Origin: an uncultured Bacilli bacterium
Lineage (GTDB): Bacteria > Bacillota_I > Bacilli_A > RFN20 > CAG-826
Direction of reading: 5' to 3'
NCBI GenBank assembly: GCA_944363565.1
Contig: CALVUI010000001.1
Coordinates: 16,818 to 80,817, forward strand
Length of the DNA: 64,000 nt
Shown: in pieces, positions 29,092 to 39,050 of the stretch
How the letters are laid out: every line of letters begins with the position of its first letter
Numbering within the stretch: position 1 is the first letter of the stretch
The notes under the pieces: generated by a model
The model's input: the letters and a program-made list of their open reading frames with translations, nothing else
Databases searched by the model: none
What the model was told of the DNA's origin: nothing
Position numbers and translations under genes: made by a program

Positions 29092-31827
29092 ATGTACGAA
29101 AATAAAACCGTAGGCCAGACCGCCGAGGAACTCTCGGTTGATTTGAAAAACGGGCTTTCTTTGGAGGAAGTCGAAAAAAGGCGGGCCAAGTACGGCCTCA
29201 ACAAACTCGCGGAGAAAAAGAAGAAGTCTCCGATCATGCTTTTTTTGAGCGAGTTCAAGGACCCGATGGTCATCGTTCTCTTCGTGGCCGCCATCATCTC
29301 CTTGGTCCTCGCCATCGTGGAGACGGTCAAGGATCCGGCCAATGCCGAATTCACCGAATACCTCGACGTCCTCATCATCTTTGCCGTCGTCATCCTTAAC
29401 GCCATCATCGGGACGGTCCAGGAAATGAAGGCCGAAAAAGCCCTCGAGGCCTTGAAGCGGATGTCGGCCCCGACCGCGACCGTGAGACGCGAAGGCAAGA
29501 TCTACCAGAACATCAAGGCCGAGGAACTGGTTCCCGGCGACGTCGTCATTCTCGAAGAAGGTCGCAATGTCCCGGCCGACCTCCGTCTTACCGCCGCCCA
29601 CTCCCTCAAGGCAGACGAATCGAGCTTGACCGGGGAATCGGTCCCGGTCGAAAAAGATGCCTCCGTCGTCTTGACCGACGGGGTCGGGATCGGCGATAGG
29701 GTCAACGAAGTCTACATGTCGACCCCGGTCGTCTACGGCCGCGGGGAAGGCGTCGTCATCGCCACCGGCATGAACACCGAAATCGGCCACATCGCCTCGA
29801 TGCTCCAGGGCGGGGAAGAGGAAATGACTCCCCTTCAGAAGAAACTCGCCTCCCTTTCGAAGTTCTTGGGTTATCTGACCCTTGGGATCGTCATCGTCAT
29901 TCTGGCGGTCCAGTTGATCTACGCCGCCGTCGACGCCACCATCGGGGACACCTGGGGCGATGCCCTCCTCACCTCGGTCGGTCTGGCCGTGGCCGCCATT
30001 CCGGAAGGCTTACCGGCCGTCGTCACCATCGTCTTGGCCCTCGGCATGCAGAAGATGGCCAAGGTCAATACCATCGTCCGCCGCCTGGCCTCGGTCGAAA
30101 CCCTCGGGGCCGTCTCCGTCATCTGCAGCGACAAGACCGGGACCCTGACCCAAAACAAGATGACCGTCGTCGCCGACTATGCGGATGGTATCTACGAAGA
30201 CGGGGAGAACCTCGGCAAGACCGAAGCCAGCCGCCTATTGGCCCGTGGCATGGCCCTTTGCAGCGATGCCTCGGTCGAAAACGGGATCTATGGCGATCCG
30301 ACCGAAGTGGCCCTCGTCCAATTTGCCCATGACCTCGGGATGCCCAAGAGCCAGCTCGAAAAGGAAACCCCGCGGATCGACGAACTTCCCTTCGACTCGG
30401 TTAGGAAGATGATGTCGACCAAGCACCAGACCCTCGAAGGGGCCGTGGTCTACACCAAGGGGGCCATGGACCACGTCCTCAAGCACACCACCAAGATTTT
30501 GAAGGACGGCAAGGCCGTTCCCATCACCGAGGAAGACAAGGCCGCCATCGTGGCCGCTTCCAACAAGATGGCCTCGAAGGCCTTACGCGTCCTCTCCCTT
30601 TCCTATCGTGACGACGGCCAGCTCGAAGAAGAAAACCTCACCTTCGTCGGTCTGGTCGGGATGGTCGACCCCCCGCGTCCGGCCGCCAAGAAGGCCGTCG
30701 ATGTCTTGAGGGGCGCCGGCATCACCACCATCATGATCACCGGTGACCACAAGGACACGGCCTACGCCATCGCCAAGGAACTGACCATCTGCGATAACCT
30801 CGACCAGGTCATGTCCGGCGACCAGATCGATGCCTGCAGTCCGGAAGAACTCCAGGAAAAGGTCAAGACGGTCCGGGTCTTCGCCCGGGTCTCGCCGGAG
30901 AACAAGGTCGAGATCGTCAAGGCCATCAAGGCCAACGGGAATATTGCCGCCATGACCGGCGACGGGGTCAACGACGCCCCGAGCCTCAAGGCCGCCGACA
31001 TCGGGATCGCCATGGGCATCACCGGGACCGACGTCGCCAAAGGGGCGGCCGACATGGTCCTCACCGACGACAACTTCACCTCGATCGAAAAGGCGGTCGA
31101 AGAGGGCCGTGGAATCTACACCAACATCAAGAAGACGATCTACTTCCTGCTCTCGAGCAACATCGGGGAAGTGATCGCCATGTTCGTGGCCATCCTCATC
31201 GGCCTCCCGACGCCGCTCATCGCCATCCACCTGCTTTGGGTCAACCTCGTGACCGACAGCCTCCCGGCCGTCGCCCTCGGGGCCGACAAGAAGCCCGACG
31301 ACATCATGCACGACCAGCCGCGGGATCCCAAGGAATCGCTCTTTGCCCACGGCGGCTACTTCGTGATCGTCGGCTATGGCATGGCCATTGCCCTCGCCAC
31401 CCTCTTGGCCTTCCTCATCAAGCCCTGGACCGAGGGTTGCTTCACCCTCGAAGCCATCCAAGGCTACTTCAGTGACGAGATCAAACTCGAAGAAGCCCAA
31501 TCGATGGCCTTCACGGTCTTGGCCTTCTCCGAGCTCTTCCACATGCTCGGGATGACAGATACCCGCCACACCTTCTTCCGGGTCTTCAAGGACAAGAACA
31601 AGATGCTCTGGATTGCCTTCTTCGTCGGGATGGCCCTCCAGTTCGCCGTCATCGAGATCCCGGGTGTCAACCAGGTCTTCAGCGTCTTCACCCTCCACGA
31701 CGAACCGATCGACTATGCCTATGTCTTCGGCTTTGCCGTCATCCCCCTCGTGGTCCATGAGATCGTGGTCTTCGTCAACTTCATCATCCGTCTGATCAAG
31801 AAAAAGACGCCAGCCAAAGCGAAATAG
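29092..31827 (+). CDS. P-type IIA cation (Ca2+/Mn2+) transporting ATPase
   Basis: TGES, IPEGL, CSDKTGTLT, TGDGVNDAP, WVNLVTDSLPA. Confidence 0.95.
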   Translation: MYENKTVGQTAEELSVDLKNGLSLEEVEKRRAKYGLNKLAEKKKKSPIMLFLSEFKDPMVIVLFVAAIISLVLAIVETVKDPANAEFTEYLDVLIIFAVVILNAIIGTVQEMKAEKALEALKRMSAPTATVRREGKIYQNIKAEELVPGDVVILEEGRNVPADLRLTAAHSLKADESSLTGESVPVEKDASVVLTDGVGIGDRVNEVYMSTPVVYGRGEGVVIATGMNTEIGHIASMLQGGEEEMTPLQKKLASLSKFLGYLTLGIVIVILAVQLIYAAVDATIGDTWGDALLTSVGLAVAAIPEGLPAVVTIVLALGMQKMAKVNTIVRRLASVETLGAVSVICSDKTGTLTQNKMTVVADYADGIYEDGENLGKTEASRLLARGMALCSDASVENGIYGDPTEVALVQFAHDLGMPKSQLEKETPRIDELPFDSVRKMMSTKHQTLEGAVVYTKGAMDHVLKHTTKILKDGKAVPITEEDKAAIVAASNKMASKALRVLSLSYRDDGQLEEENLTFVGLVGMVDPPRPAAKKAVDVLRGAGITTIMITGDHKDTAYAIAKELTICDNLDQVMSGDQIDACSPEELQEKVKTVRVFARVSPENKVEIVKAIKANGNIAAMTGDGVNDAPSLKAADIGIAMGITGTDVAKGAADMVLTDDNFTSIEKAVEEGRGIYTNIKKTIYFLLSSNIGEVIAMFVAILIGLPTPLIAIHLLWVNLVTDSLPAVALGADKKPDDIMHDQPRDPKESLFAHGGYFVIVGYGMAIALATLLAFLIKPWTEGCFTLEAIQGYFSDEIKLEEAQSMAFTVLAFSELFHMLGMTDTRHTFFRVFKDKNKMLWIAFFVGMALQFAVIEIPGVNQVFSVFTLHDEPIDYAYVFGFAVIPLVVHEIVVFVNFIIRLIKKKTPAKAK

Positions 31828-31867
31828 CATGACTTATGTCCCTAATGCGTGTATCGTTAGGGACGCT

Positions 31868-31943
31868 GCCGCCTTAGCGCAACTGGCAGAGCAACGGTAT
31901 CGTAAACCGTAGGTTGGGGGTTCGATTCCCTCAGGCGGCACCA
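31868..31943 (+). tRNA. tRNA-Thr(CGT)
   Basis: Anticodon arm ACGGT-ATCGTAA-ACCGT; GTTCGATTC; CCA end. Confidence 0.95.
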
Positions 31944-32244
31944 TCTTTAAAAAACACCTATAATGCCCAAGCATTATAGGTAATTTTTTTATCAAAAATT
32001 ACCAATTCGTGCTCACTATGTCGCGTCCTGAAATTTTTAGGGTCCTATCGTGACCGTCGAAAATAGTCAAAAATACCTCAAAAAGTTCGAACCACCGCAA
32101 TACGCACACCGCAATAGCACTTCGGGTTCGAATTTTCGCAAACTATAAATATGGATATAAAAGAAAGAGGATTTGTCATATTGATCTAGCCACCGCGGAA
32201 TCACAATTTCTGAAAAAATCTTTGTTTTAGTGGAAATTGAATAT

Positions 32245-32362
32245 TCAATTCAGCCATCGAAGCTTAATTCAAGGCTAAAAAGGATAGATGGAACAGTGGC
32301 TACGATCATTGCTTATGCGACTTTGACTAGGTATAAGTTGGACTATGAAGCGATGGTCAATA
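32245..32362 (+). pseudogene. Fragment resembling the C-terminus of a phage terminase large subunit
   Basis: IQPSKLNSRLKRIDGTVATIIAYA...YKLDYEAMV resembles the KIDG/RIDG C-terminal motif; no upstream gene body. Confidence 0.55.
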
Positions 32363-32442
32363 GTGCCCATTTTATCGAAACTCTTGACTTTTGTCGGAGG
32401 GGGTATACTTTTAGATTGATTATTTTGATTTGAGGTGTGGCA

Positions 32443-33585
32443 ATGAGTAAATATGGTGATAAGTTTGAAAAGGCTTTAGAGCGAGTTTTAAAAATCAAGT
32501 TTAGAGTAAGACTAATAGCGATAATAATTTGTTTAGCTATCCTTGCCTTGGATTTAATCCTCACTTTTTCATTAATGTTTATTGAAAATGACAAAGGGCA
32601 AGCAATAATTAACGATCTAATTGGTGAATCAGAAGCCCTCGTTTACGTTTTAGGCGTTTTAATGTTAATTGGAATATTTTTTCCTATAGGAATTATTTTA
32701 TATTGTTTATTAAATAAAATTCGCGTTAAATCAATCTTTAATATAGTAATGAATAGAACCTGCAGCATTGCTTATTACCTTGATGGAAAAGAAGCAAGTA
32801 AGTCTCTAAAAAAAGAATTTAAAATCAGATTGAAAGCCAAAGATCGAGATTGGATTATTAAAACTACGGATGCTTATTACGATAAGTGCGAAGAACTTAA
32901 GAAAAAATATGAAATGTGTCCAAATGAATCAGAAAATGAAAGGAGTGGAAAAGGCGGATTCGATGGTTGGCTACTTCAAGAAATCGGCTGGTTCTTGCTT
33001 GGCTTTTTAGTCACTTTCATAACAATAGGAATTTGCTTCCCGGTTGCTTATTGCTGGATGCTCAGATGGAACTCCAAACATACCTTATACGATGGTAAGC
33101 GATTAACCTTTGATGGCAAGGCCAGTCAATTAATTGGTAAGTGGATATGTTGGCTATTATTATGCATTCCTACTATTGGAATATTTGCATTATTTATTCC
33201 AAAGAAGCTGATGAATTGGAAAGTGTCACATCTTCATCTTGCAGATGAGCAACCTTATCTTGGTGGGATCTTTAAAGCCAATCCAATTGTTTATGTTTTA
33301 GTTATGATAGGATGTTCATTACTTAATCTTTTAACTCTAACGCTGTTGAAACCAATATTCGTTACTTGGAAGAATAGATACATTCAAAATAGACTTGTCA
33401 TTGATGGAAGAAGAATGGAATTCGATGGCAATGGTATACAACTATTAGGAAAGTACATACTTTGGTCCTTGCTGAAAATTATTACTATCGGAATCTATGG
33501 TTTCTTCGTTCACATCAGAATGAAAAAGTGGATTTCTAAGCACACCCATATGAAACCAGGATACGCCCAAATAAAAGTTATCTAA
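32443..33585 (+). CDS. DUF898/YjgN-like membrane protein
   Basis: GAGGTG SD; duplicated DGxRxxFDG...QLxGKxIxWxLL..ITIGI repeats; AT-rich codons. Confidence 0.75.
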   Translation: MSKYGDKFEKALERVLKIKFRVRLIAIIICLAILALDLILTFSLMFIENDKGQAIINDLIGESEALVYVLGVLMLIGIFFPIGIILYCLLNKIRVKSIFNIVMNRTCSIAYYLDGKEASKSLKKEFKIRLKAKDRDWIIKTTDAYYDKCEELKKKYEMCPNESENERSGKGGFDGWLLQEIGWFLLGFLVTFITIGICFPVAYCWMLRWNSKHTLYDGKRLTFDGKASQLIGKWICWLLLCIPTIGIFALFIPKKLMNWKVSHLHLADEQPYLGGIFKANPIVYVLVMIGCSLLNLLTLTLLKPIFVTWKNRYIQNRLVIDGRRMEFDGNGIQLLGKYILWSLLKIITIGIYGFFVHIRMKKWISKHTHMKPGYAQIKVI

Positions 33586-33605
33586 TTAAGTATTAATACA
33601 ATTTG

Positions 33606-33631
33606 AGAGCTCTTAATCGGGCTCTTTTTTT
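33606..33631 (+). terminator. Intrinsic terminator
   Basis: AGAGCTC-ttaatc-GGGCTCT followed by T-run. Confidence 0.7.
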
Positions 33632-33814
33632 GCTCGAATTTAGAAAAAGGAGGAGTTTCTGCGCGATTTTTAAAAGAAAAAAGAAGAAATTAGAGAATTT
33701 TGATGCTATAGGTTTGATTAGCGATATCGCTCTTCCTTTGACGCCATTCAGAGGGAAGATAACAAACTCGGACGTCGTTCTTATATGCATCGATAGGATA
33801 GCCAGAATGTGGTA

Positions 33815-34059
33815 ATGCCATTCAATAGAGAAGGTTTTGATAAGACAACCAGAAAAACAACCACGACACAACCAGAAAACATAGAAGAGGAAATAATTCA
33901 ACTAATTAAAAATAATGGAAATATTTCGAGAAAAGACATGGCAATTGTTTTGCATAAAACAGAGGGAAGCATTAGGCATTATCTAAAAAATTACAGGAGC
34001 GAAAGATTGTCAAGCATTCAGGGCCTGACAAAGGCGACTATTGGGAAATAATCAAATAA
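33815..34059 (+). pseudogene. Frameshifted C-terminal winged-HTH fragment
   Basis: IIQLIKNNGNISRKDMAIVL...SIRHYLK then frameshift in an A-run (~33985-33990) to LQERKIVKHSGPDKGDYWEIIK*. Confidence 0.65.
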
Positions 34060-34194
34060 AAATAAGAATAGAAGATTTTTCTTAAGACATTAAAGGCGTT
34101 CGCTTTCCAATTTTGAGGGCATTTAAGGCGTTTTCCAAGCACATATTGAAAGCAATGGTTTGATACAGTGAAAATCGCTGGTCTAACCTTGATT

Positions 34195-34600
34195 ACCAGC
34201 TTTTCATGCCGATGGTGCGGCAGGAAATCTCTTTCGGGGCCAAGAGCGAAGAATACGCAGCGGAGATCGCCGAACTGTTCGGGGTAAAGCACTTATGGAA
34301 CGTCACCCGCAGTCCCTCTCCGAAGGCCAGAAGCGCCGCGTATCGATAGCCGCCGTCGCCGCCCGCGAACCGGAAGTTCTCCTTTTGGACGAACAGACGG
34401 TGGGGCAGGACTTCGACGGACTTTGCGCTTTGGTGGGGATATTGAACAAGTTGCACATGCAGTCGGGCAATACGATGATAACCATTACCCACGATGTGCG
34501 CTGTGCCGAGGCCCTGTGCGACAGGGCCTATCTCATCGCAGACGGCATGGTTGCCAAGCGCGGCGGCAAGGAACTTGTACGGGAATACTTTATGCCGTGA
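34195..34600 (+). pseudogene. 3' fragment of an ECF-type ABC ATPase
   Basis: QLFMPMVRQEISFG..., frameshift, HPQSLSEGQKRR, LLLDEQTVGQD, ITHD; no 5' half. Confidence 0.75.
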
Positions 34601-34745
34601 AGGAGGGGAAAAAGAATAGGCTTGGGGCCTTGGCCCCAATTTTTTCTTGCGTGAATGTTTTTCATTCACGGGGCTATCACCAACCCATCCTCAAAAGACG
34701 TAGACTATGGAGGGGTTCATCCCCTTATTTGTTTATATAAGCCTT

Positions 34746-35669
34746 ATGAAAGAAAAGTTGCCTTCCAAAGTCCATGCAGTTTCCGAACTCTTCTTTGATC
34801 CCTATTTGAAGGAACAGACACCTTGGCTCCTGAATGAGGGAGGGGAGAGGTTCGATCTAAGTAAGCTTAGGGGTTATGAGACCGGCAAGGCCTTCGGCCT
34901 CCCCTTTTCGACCCTGAGGGAAGTCCTTTCCTTCCTTTTGAAAGAGAAAGACGATCATTCCTTTAAGATCGTTCCTTTGGGTAAGGGAGTGGCCGCCTTG
35001 ATGTTCTTCGTCGATAGAAAAGCCCCCACCGCCATCATCACCCCGGGCGGGGGCTATGCCTTCGTTTCCCTTTATAACGAGGGCATCGATTACGCCTTGG
35101 CTTTAAAGAAGCATGGCTTCAATAGCCTGATCCTCAAATACTCTTGCCTTGGAGGGGCGGCTTATCCTAGGCCTTTGGAGGAAGTCGCCACTTCCATCAA
35201 GTTGGTGCTAACCTCGGGACTAGGGAACGGGGATTATTTCCTTATCGGTTCCTCGGCCGGTGGCCATCTCGCGGGTCTCTTTGCCTCCAGGGCCTTTGAG
35301 TTTGGGGTCAGGGCCCCTAAGGCCGCCATCTTGGCCTATCCGGTCATTACCTTAAGCAATCCCACCCACGTGGGGAGCAGGCGTTATTTTCTCGGGGAGA
35401 AGAGAAACGACTTGGAGGAGAGAAAGAGATTCAGTGTCCAGAACAACGTCACTTCGAGTTATCCCCCGACCTATATCTGGGGTTATAGCCAAGACGCCGT
35501 CGTTCCTCCGAATGGAAGACACCTGATGGTGGAGGCCTTGATGCAAAACAGGGTCCCTTATAAGGAGAAGGAAGTCTCCGGGCCCTTTCATGGGGTGGGA
35601 TTAGGCAAAGGAACCCTCGCCGATGGCTGGTTCGAGGAAGCCCTCGCCTTCGTGAGGCCCTACCTTTGA
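34746..35669 (+). CDS. Alpha/beta hydrolase (carbohydrate esterase-like)
   Basis: PGGGY, GSSAGGHLA, LAYPVI, PPTYIW...DAVVP, HGVGLG. Confidence 0.85.
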   Translation: MKEKLPSKVHAVSELFFDPYLKEQTPWLLNEGGERFDLSKLRGYETGKAFGLPFSTLREVLSFLLKEKDDHSFKIVPLGKGVAALMFFVDRKAPTAIITPGGGYAFVSLYNEGIDYALALKKHGFNSLILKYSCLGGAAYPRPLEEVATSIKLVLTSGLGNGDYFLIGSSAGGHLAGLFASRAFEFGVRAPKAAILAYPVITLSNPTHVGSRRYFLGEKRNDLEERKRFSVQNNVTSSYPPTYIWGYSQDAVVPPNGRHLMVEALMQNRVPYKEKEVSGPFHGVGLGKGTLADGWFEEALAFVRPYL

Positions 35670-35775
35670 AGAACCTTACCCAAGTCGATGGGTTCTTGAT
35701 CGTTTATGAGGCGGATGGCCAATTGATGTGGGCTTCCGCCTTTTCTTCTCATTCAAAAGCCGGATAATTCCCTTG

Positions 35776-36900
35776 ATGGGAGAAGAGCTTGCTTTAAGGG
35801 AAGGCCTTAGCCTCAGGGATCAGGATGTCCTCCCCCTTCTAAACGGAGAGGGCGGCTTTCTTTTGCTTAAAGGCGTCCGTTCCTTCAATGAGGCCATCAA
35901 GGCCCTCCATACTGCCTTGGATGGGGTCTATCCTTCGCCGTTTCCCTTTTTGAAACTCGTCATGAGGGGCGAGGAAGTGGGAATCGAAGTCCTAAGGGGG
36001 AGGATCCGTTTTGTCTCGCGTCATGAAGCGGGACCTTCCTACCGCCTCGATGACTATCTCCGGGAAGCTCCTTCCAAGATGCCTTCTCCGAGTTTTGATA
36101 CCCTCCTGGCCCTTCATCAAGAACGGGGCCGGCGGGTCCATTACGAGGATTTGCCCAATATGATCCCCCTTAAAAACATTAAGGGGGAATGGAACGTCCT
36201 TTCTTCCTTGTTATCGGACCAAAGCCCCCTTTCCTTCCAAATCAGGGATCTTAGAAGCTTGGAACCCTCGGTCCATGAATGCAGGGGAGAAGGGATTTTC
36301 AAGGCCTTGGGTAAGGCCAAGGAATATATCCATTCCCTCGGCTGCGAAAGGGTCTTGGGCCTAAACGAGGCCCTGACCAACGCCTTGGTCCACAATGCCT
36401 ACGAACTGGGCGATCCCTATGTCGAAATCAATGATGGGGGAGTGAGTGTCGTAAGCCACGTCTATGAGGCTCCCTTGACTTCCTATAGCCATCCCCTCAA
36501 TCCTTCCTTGTTCAAGGTTTTCAAGGATCTAGGCTTCGTCCACGAAGCGGGATTAGGAGAGTCGGTCCTTAGGGACCGCAAGAGGGAAACCATCAACGGA
36601 ACCTATTTGGTCCATATTCCGAATAGTAACGATGAAAGCAAGACCGATTCAGTCGGTGGCGAAATAAATAGAGAACGATTTGGCGAAATAAAAAGCGAAC
36701 CCGAAATCGATCCCGACGCCAAGGCAATTTTGGATTTGATCCGTCTTGATCCCGCGATCAAAAGGGTTGAGTTATGCGCTCGTCTCAAGCTCTCGAGCCG
36801 GACCCTCGACCGCCTCATCCAGCGTCTGAAGGAAGATGGGAAAATCCTCGGTCGGACCTCGAATAAGAACGGAAAATGGGTCCTTCCGGATCTCCCTTAG
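35776..36900 (+). CDS. Divergent ATP-binding/HATPase-like protein with C-terminal wHTH (predicted regulator)
   Basis: EALTNALVHNAY, NPSLFKVFKDLGFVHEAGLG, C-terminal ILDLIRLDPAIKRVEL...GKW. Confidence 0.7.
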   Translation: MGEELALREGLSLRDQDVLPLLNGEGGFLLLKGVRSFNEAIKALHTALDGVYPSPFPFLKLVMRGEEVGIEVLRGRIRFVSRHEAGPSYRLDDYLREAPSKMPSPSFDTLLALHQERGRRVHYEDLPNMIPLKNIKGEWNVLSSLLSDQSPLSFQIRDLRSLEPSVHECRGEGIFKALGKAKEYIHSLGCERVLGLNEALTNALVHNAYELGDPYVEINDGGVSVVSHVYEAPLTSYSHPLNPSLFKVFKDLGFVHEAGLGESVLRDRKRETINGTYLVHIPNSNDESKTDSVGGEINRERFGEIKSEPEIDPDAKAILDLIRLDPAIKRVELCARLKLSSRTLDRLIQRLKEDGKILGRTSNKNGKWVLPDLP

Positions 36901-37257
36901 GGCAATTGTAAAGAAAAGAACCCCTGGGGAAACCGATATTTAAAGCAACCCGGAAGCCAATTTTTTGGATTGCCAGGGTCTTGGCCAGGTATTTTCTTGC
37001 GGAATTTGCATATTCCAAGCATGAAAAAATGCTACTGGGGACGCGATTTATAAGGAATTTTCGAACTTTTCGCCAAATTGCCCTTGGTTTTTGCCCGAGC
37101 CTTGGATTCTCACGGGGGGGTATTAAGGAAATTTCATCTTTCGGGGTTTCCGCTCTTTCCCTTTAGGGAAGGAACCTTTCTTCCTTAATTGACAGGAGGG
37201 CCTTAGGCGTATAAAAAGGGCCCGTGTTTTAAAGGCAAGAAAGGAAAAACATCTCTT

Positions 37258-38193
37258 ATGCGTAAAACTACCAGAACCGCCAACAGAAGAAAATGGATCG
37301 TCGGCAGCGTCATGGCCTTCGCCGGCGTTGCCCTCTTAACCACCGCCGCCGCTACGTGGATCATCGGTACCAACCTCGGCAACGACCAGGGTCTCAATGT
37401 CAAAGTCGACACCGTTCGTAACGAAGGTGCCCGCTTCAACACCGTGACCCTCAGCAACAACGACATCGTCCTCGGGGAAACCTACGGCGAAGCCGGCTCG
37501 GCCGGATCCGGCGTCATCCACAATGACGTGACTGACGGAGGGACCTACGAAAGCGACTTCACCATCACCTTCAGCAGCCTAAACTTCACTTTCGGTAAAG
37601 ATTTCGTCGGGAAAGGCGAACACCTCGAAATCCAGTTCAGCATCGAATATGACTACACGGCAGTCGGAAAAGACAGTCTCAGTTCCACCGACAAGCGCCA
37701 TAACGTCGATAACCTTGTCGAGGCCGAAGGCAACAAGATCGGTAATTCCAGAACCGAAGACAAGACCGCGAAAGCTGGTGCTGAGTCTGATTCTAACGAC
37801 GCTTGGGAATACGTGGCCGCCCCGACCGACATTGCTTTTGCCTCCGGTGCCTTTGATCGCTTGACCGAGTCCTCCACCTCGGTCAGCAATTCCACTGGCC
37901 TAACCTCACCCCATAACTTCTCCTTCAGCAAGAACGACACCAACGGGACCATCATCGGAAGCGCCACCGGCCTTTCCGTGAACTTCAGCTGGGGTTCCTT
38001 CTTCGGCGGGATGAGCCCGGTCGCCTATTACAACAGCAAGTTCTATAACCACGGGGATGCGAACACCGCCGGCAAGACGGAAATCAATGCCACTTTGGAA
38101 GACGCCATGTACGCCGAACTAGACGCCATGCGCGCTGCCCTCGATAGCGGCGTCCTCGTCCTCACCCTCAGGCTCGCCTCCGTCGCCGCCTAA
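37258..38193 (+). CDS. Secreted protein with SipW-type signal peptide (putative fibre subunit 1)
   Basis: AAGGA SD; basic N-region, hydrophobic core, TTAAATWII; S/T/G/N-rich beta-type body. Confidence 0.7.
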   Translation: MRKTTRTANRRKWIVGSVMAFAGVALLTTAAATWIIGTNLGNDQGLNVKVDTVRNEGARFNTVTLSNNDIVLGETYGEAGSAGSGVIHNDVTDGGTYESDFTITFSSLNFTFGKDFVGKGEHLEIQFSIEYDYTAVGKDSLSSTDKRHNVDNLVEAEGNKIGNSRTEDKTAKAGAESDSNDAWEYVAAPTDIAFASGAFDRLTESSTSVSNSTGLTSPHNFSFSKNDTNGTIIGSATGLSVNFSWGSFFGGMSPVAYYNSKFYNHGDANTAGKTEINATLEDAMYAELDAMRAALDSGVLVLTLRLASVAA

Positions 38194-38225
38194 TTAATTA
38201 AGGTTAGTAAATAGGAGAACCATCA

Positions 38226-38996
38226 ATGAAGAAAATCAGGAACGCCAAGAAGACCTCGGCCATGATCATGGGCCTAGGGGCCGTCGCCCTCGGCGGCGTC
38301 GCCATGTCGGCCTGGATCATCACCGCCATCACCGCCGGAACCACCACCACCCCCATCACGGTTACGGTCGGGGAGGTCAAGGACCATCGTCTCGGCATCA
38401 CAGATATCATTACCACCGATGCTAAAATCAACCTCGACGCCAAGAGCGACGACAGCATCGGCCCCATCACCTGGGATAAGACCGGATCCGGGGAAGACCT
38501 TTCCTTCACCATTACCTATGCCGTCACCGGGGCCGTCGACAATAGCGGTGGCACCCCCAAGGCCGCTTCATACTTCGCCGGCGTCACTTCCTACATCACC
38601 ATCGTGAACAATGATGCTTCTGCAAGCGCGGGGTCCGCCCTTCAAACCGCCATTGCGTCTAGCCAGGTCGTCCTCCCGGTCACCACTTCCTCCGAATCCC
38701 AGGATTCCATCATCAAGGCGACCGACATCAAGACTCTGACCACGGCCCCTGCCCCTGGCCAAACCCAAACCATCGGCCGTGTCACGAGCACTTACTATGC
38801 CGAAGGCACTTCCCTCAAGGTCACCTCGACCTATAGTTTTGCCTGGGGCAGCGCTTTCTCTAACAACAACCCCGGCGACTATACGGGAAGCGACGAATCC
38901 TCCATCGATTCCATCCTTAAGGCTCTCCAATCCCTGAAAACGGCTTCGGGAGCCCACCTCAACGTTACCCTGACCCCGGTTGCCGTTGCCAAATAG
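38226..38996 (+). CDS. Secreted protein with SipW-type signal peptide (putative fibre subunit 2)
   Basis: AGGAG SD; basic N-region, hydrophobic core, VAMSAWII; shares FxWGSxF...P..Y motif with the upstream gene. Confidence 0.7.
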   Translation: MKKIRNAKKTSAMIMGLGAVALGGVAMSAWIITAITAGTTTTPITVTVGEVKDHRLGITDIITTDAKINLDAKSDDSIGPITWDKTGSGEDLSFTITYAVTGAVDNSGGTPKAASYFAGVTSYITIVNNDASASAGSALQTAIASSQVVLPVTTSSESQDSIIKATDIKTLTTAPAPGQTQTIGRVTSTYYAEGTSLKVTSTYSFAWGSAFSNNNPGDYTGSDESSIDSILKALQSLKTASGAHLNVTLTPVAVAK

Positions 38997-39050
38997 GCGC
39001 GGGTCCAGCATTATTCTTAACGGCAAAAGAGGGAGCGATCCCTCTTTGCC

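Larger units (their letters stand above)
31944..34600. mobile_element. Decayed foreign island at 3' end of tRNA-Thr
   Basis: Abrupt switch to AT-rich sequence right after the tRNA CCA; contains gene fragments; no integrase remains. Confidence 0.7.
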
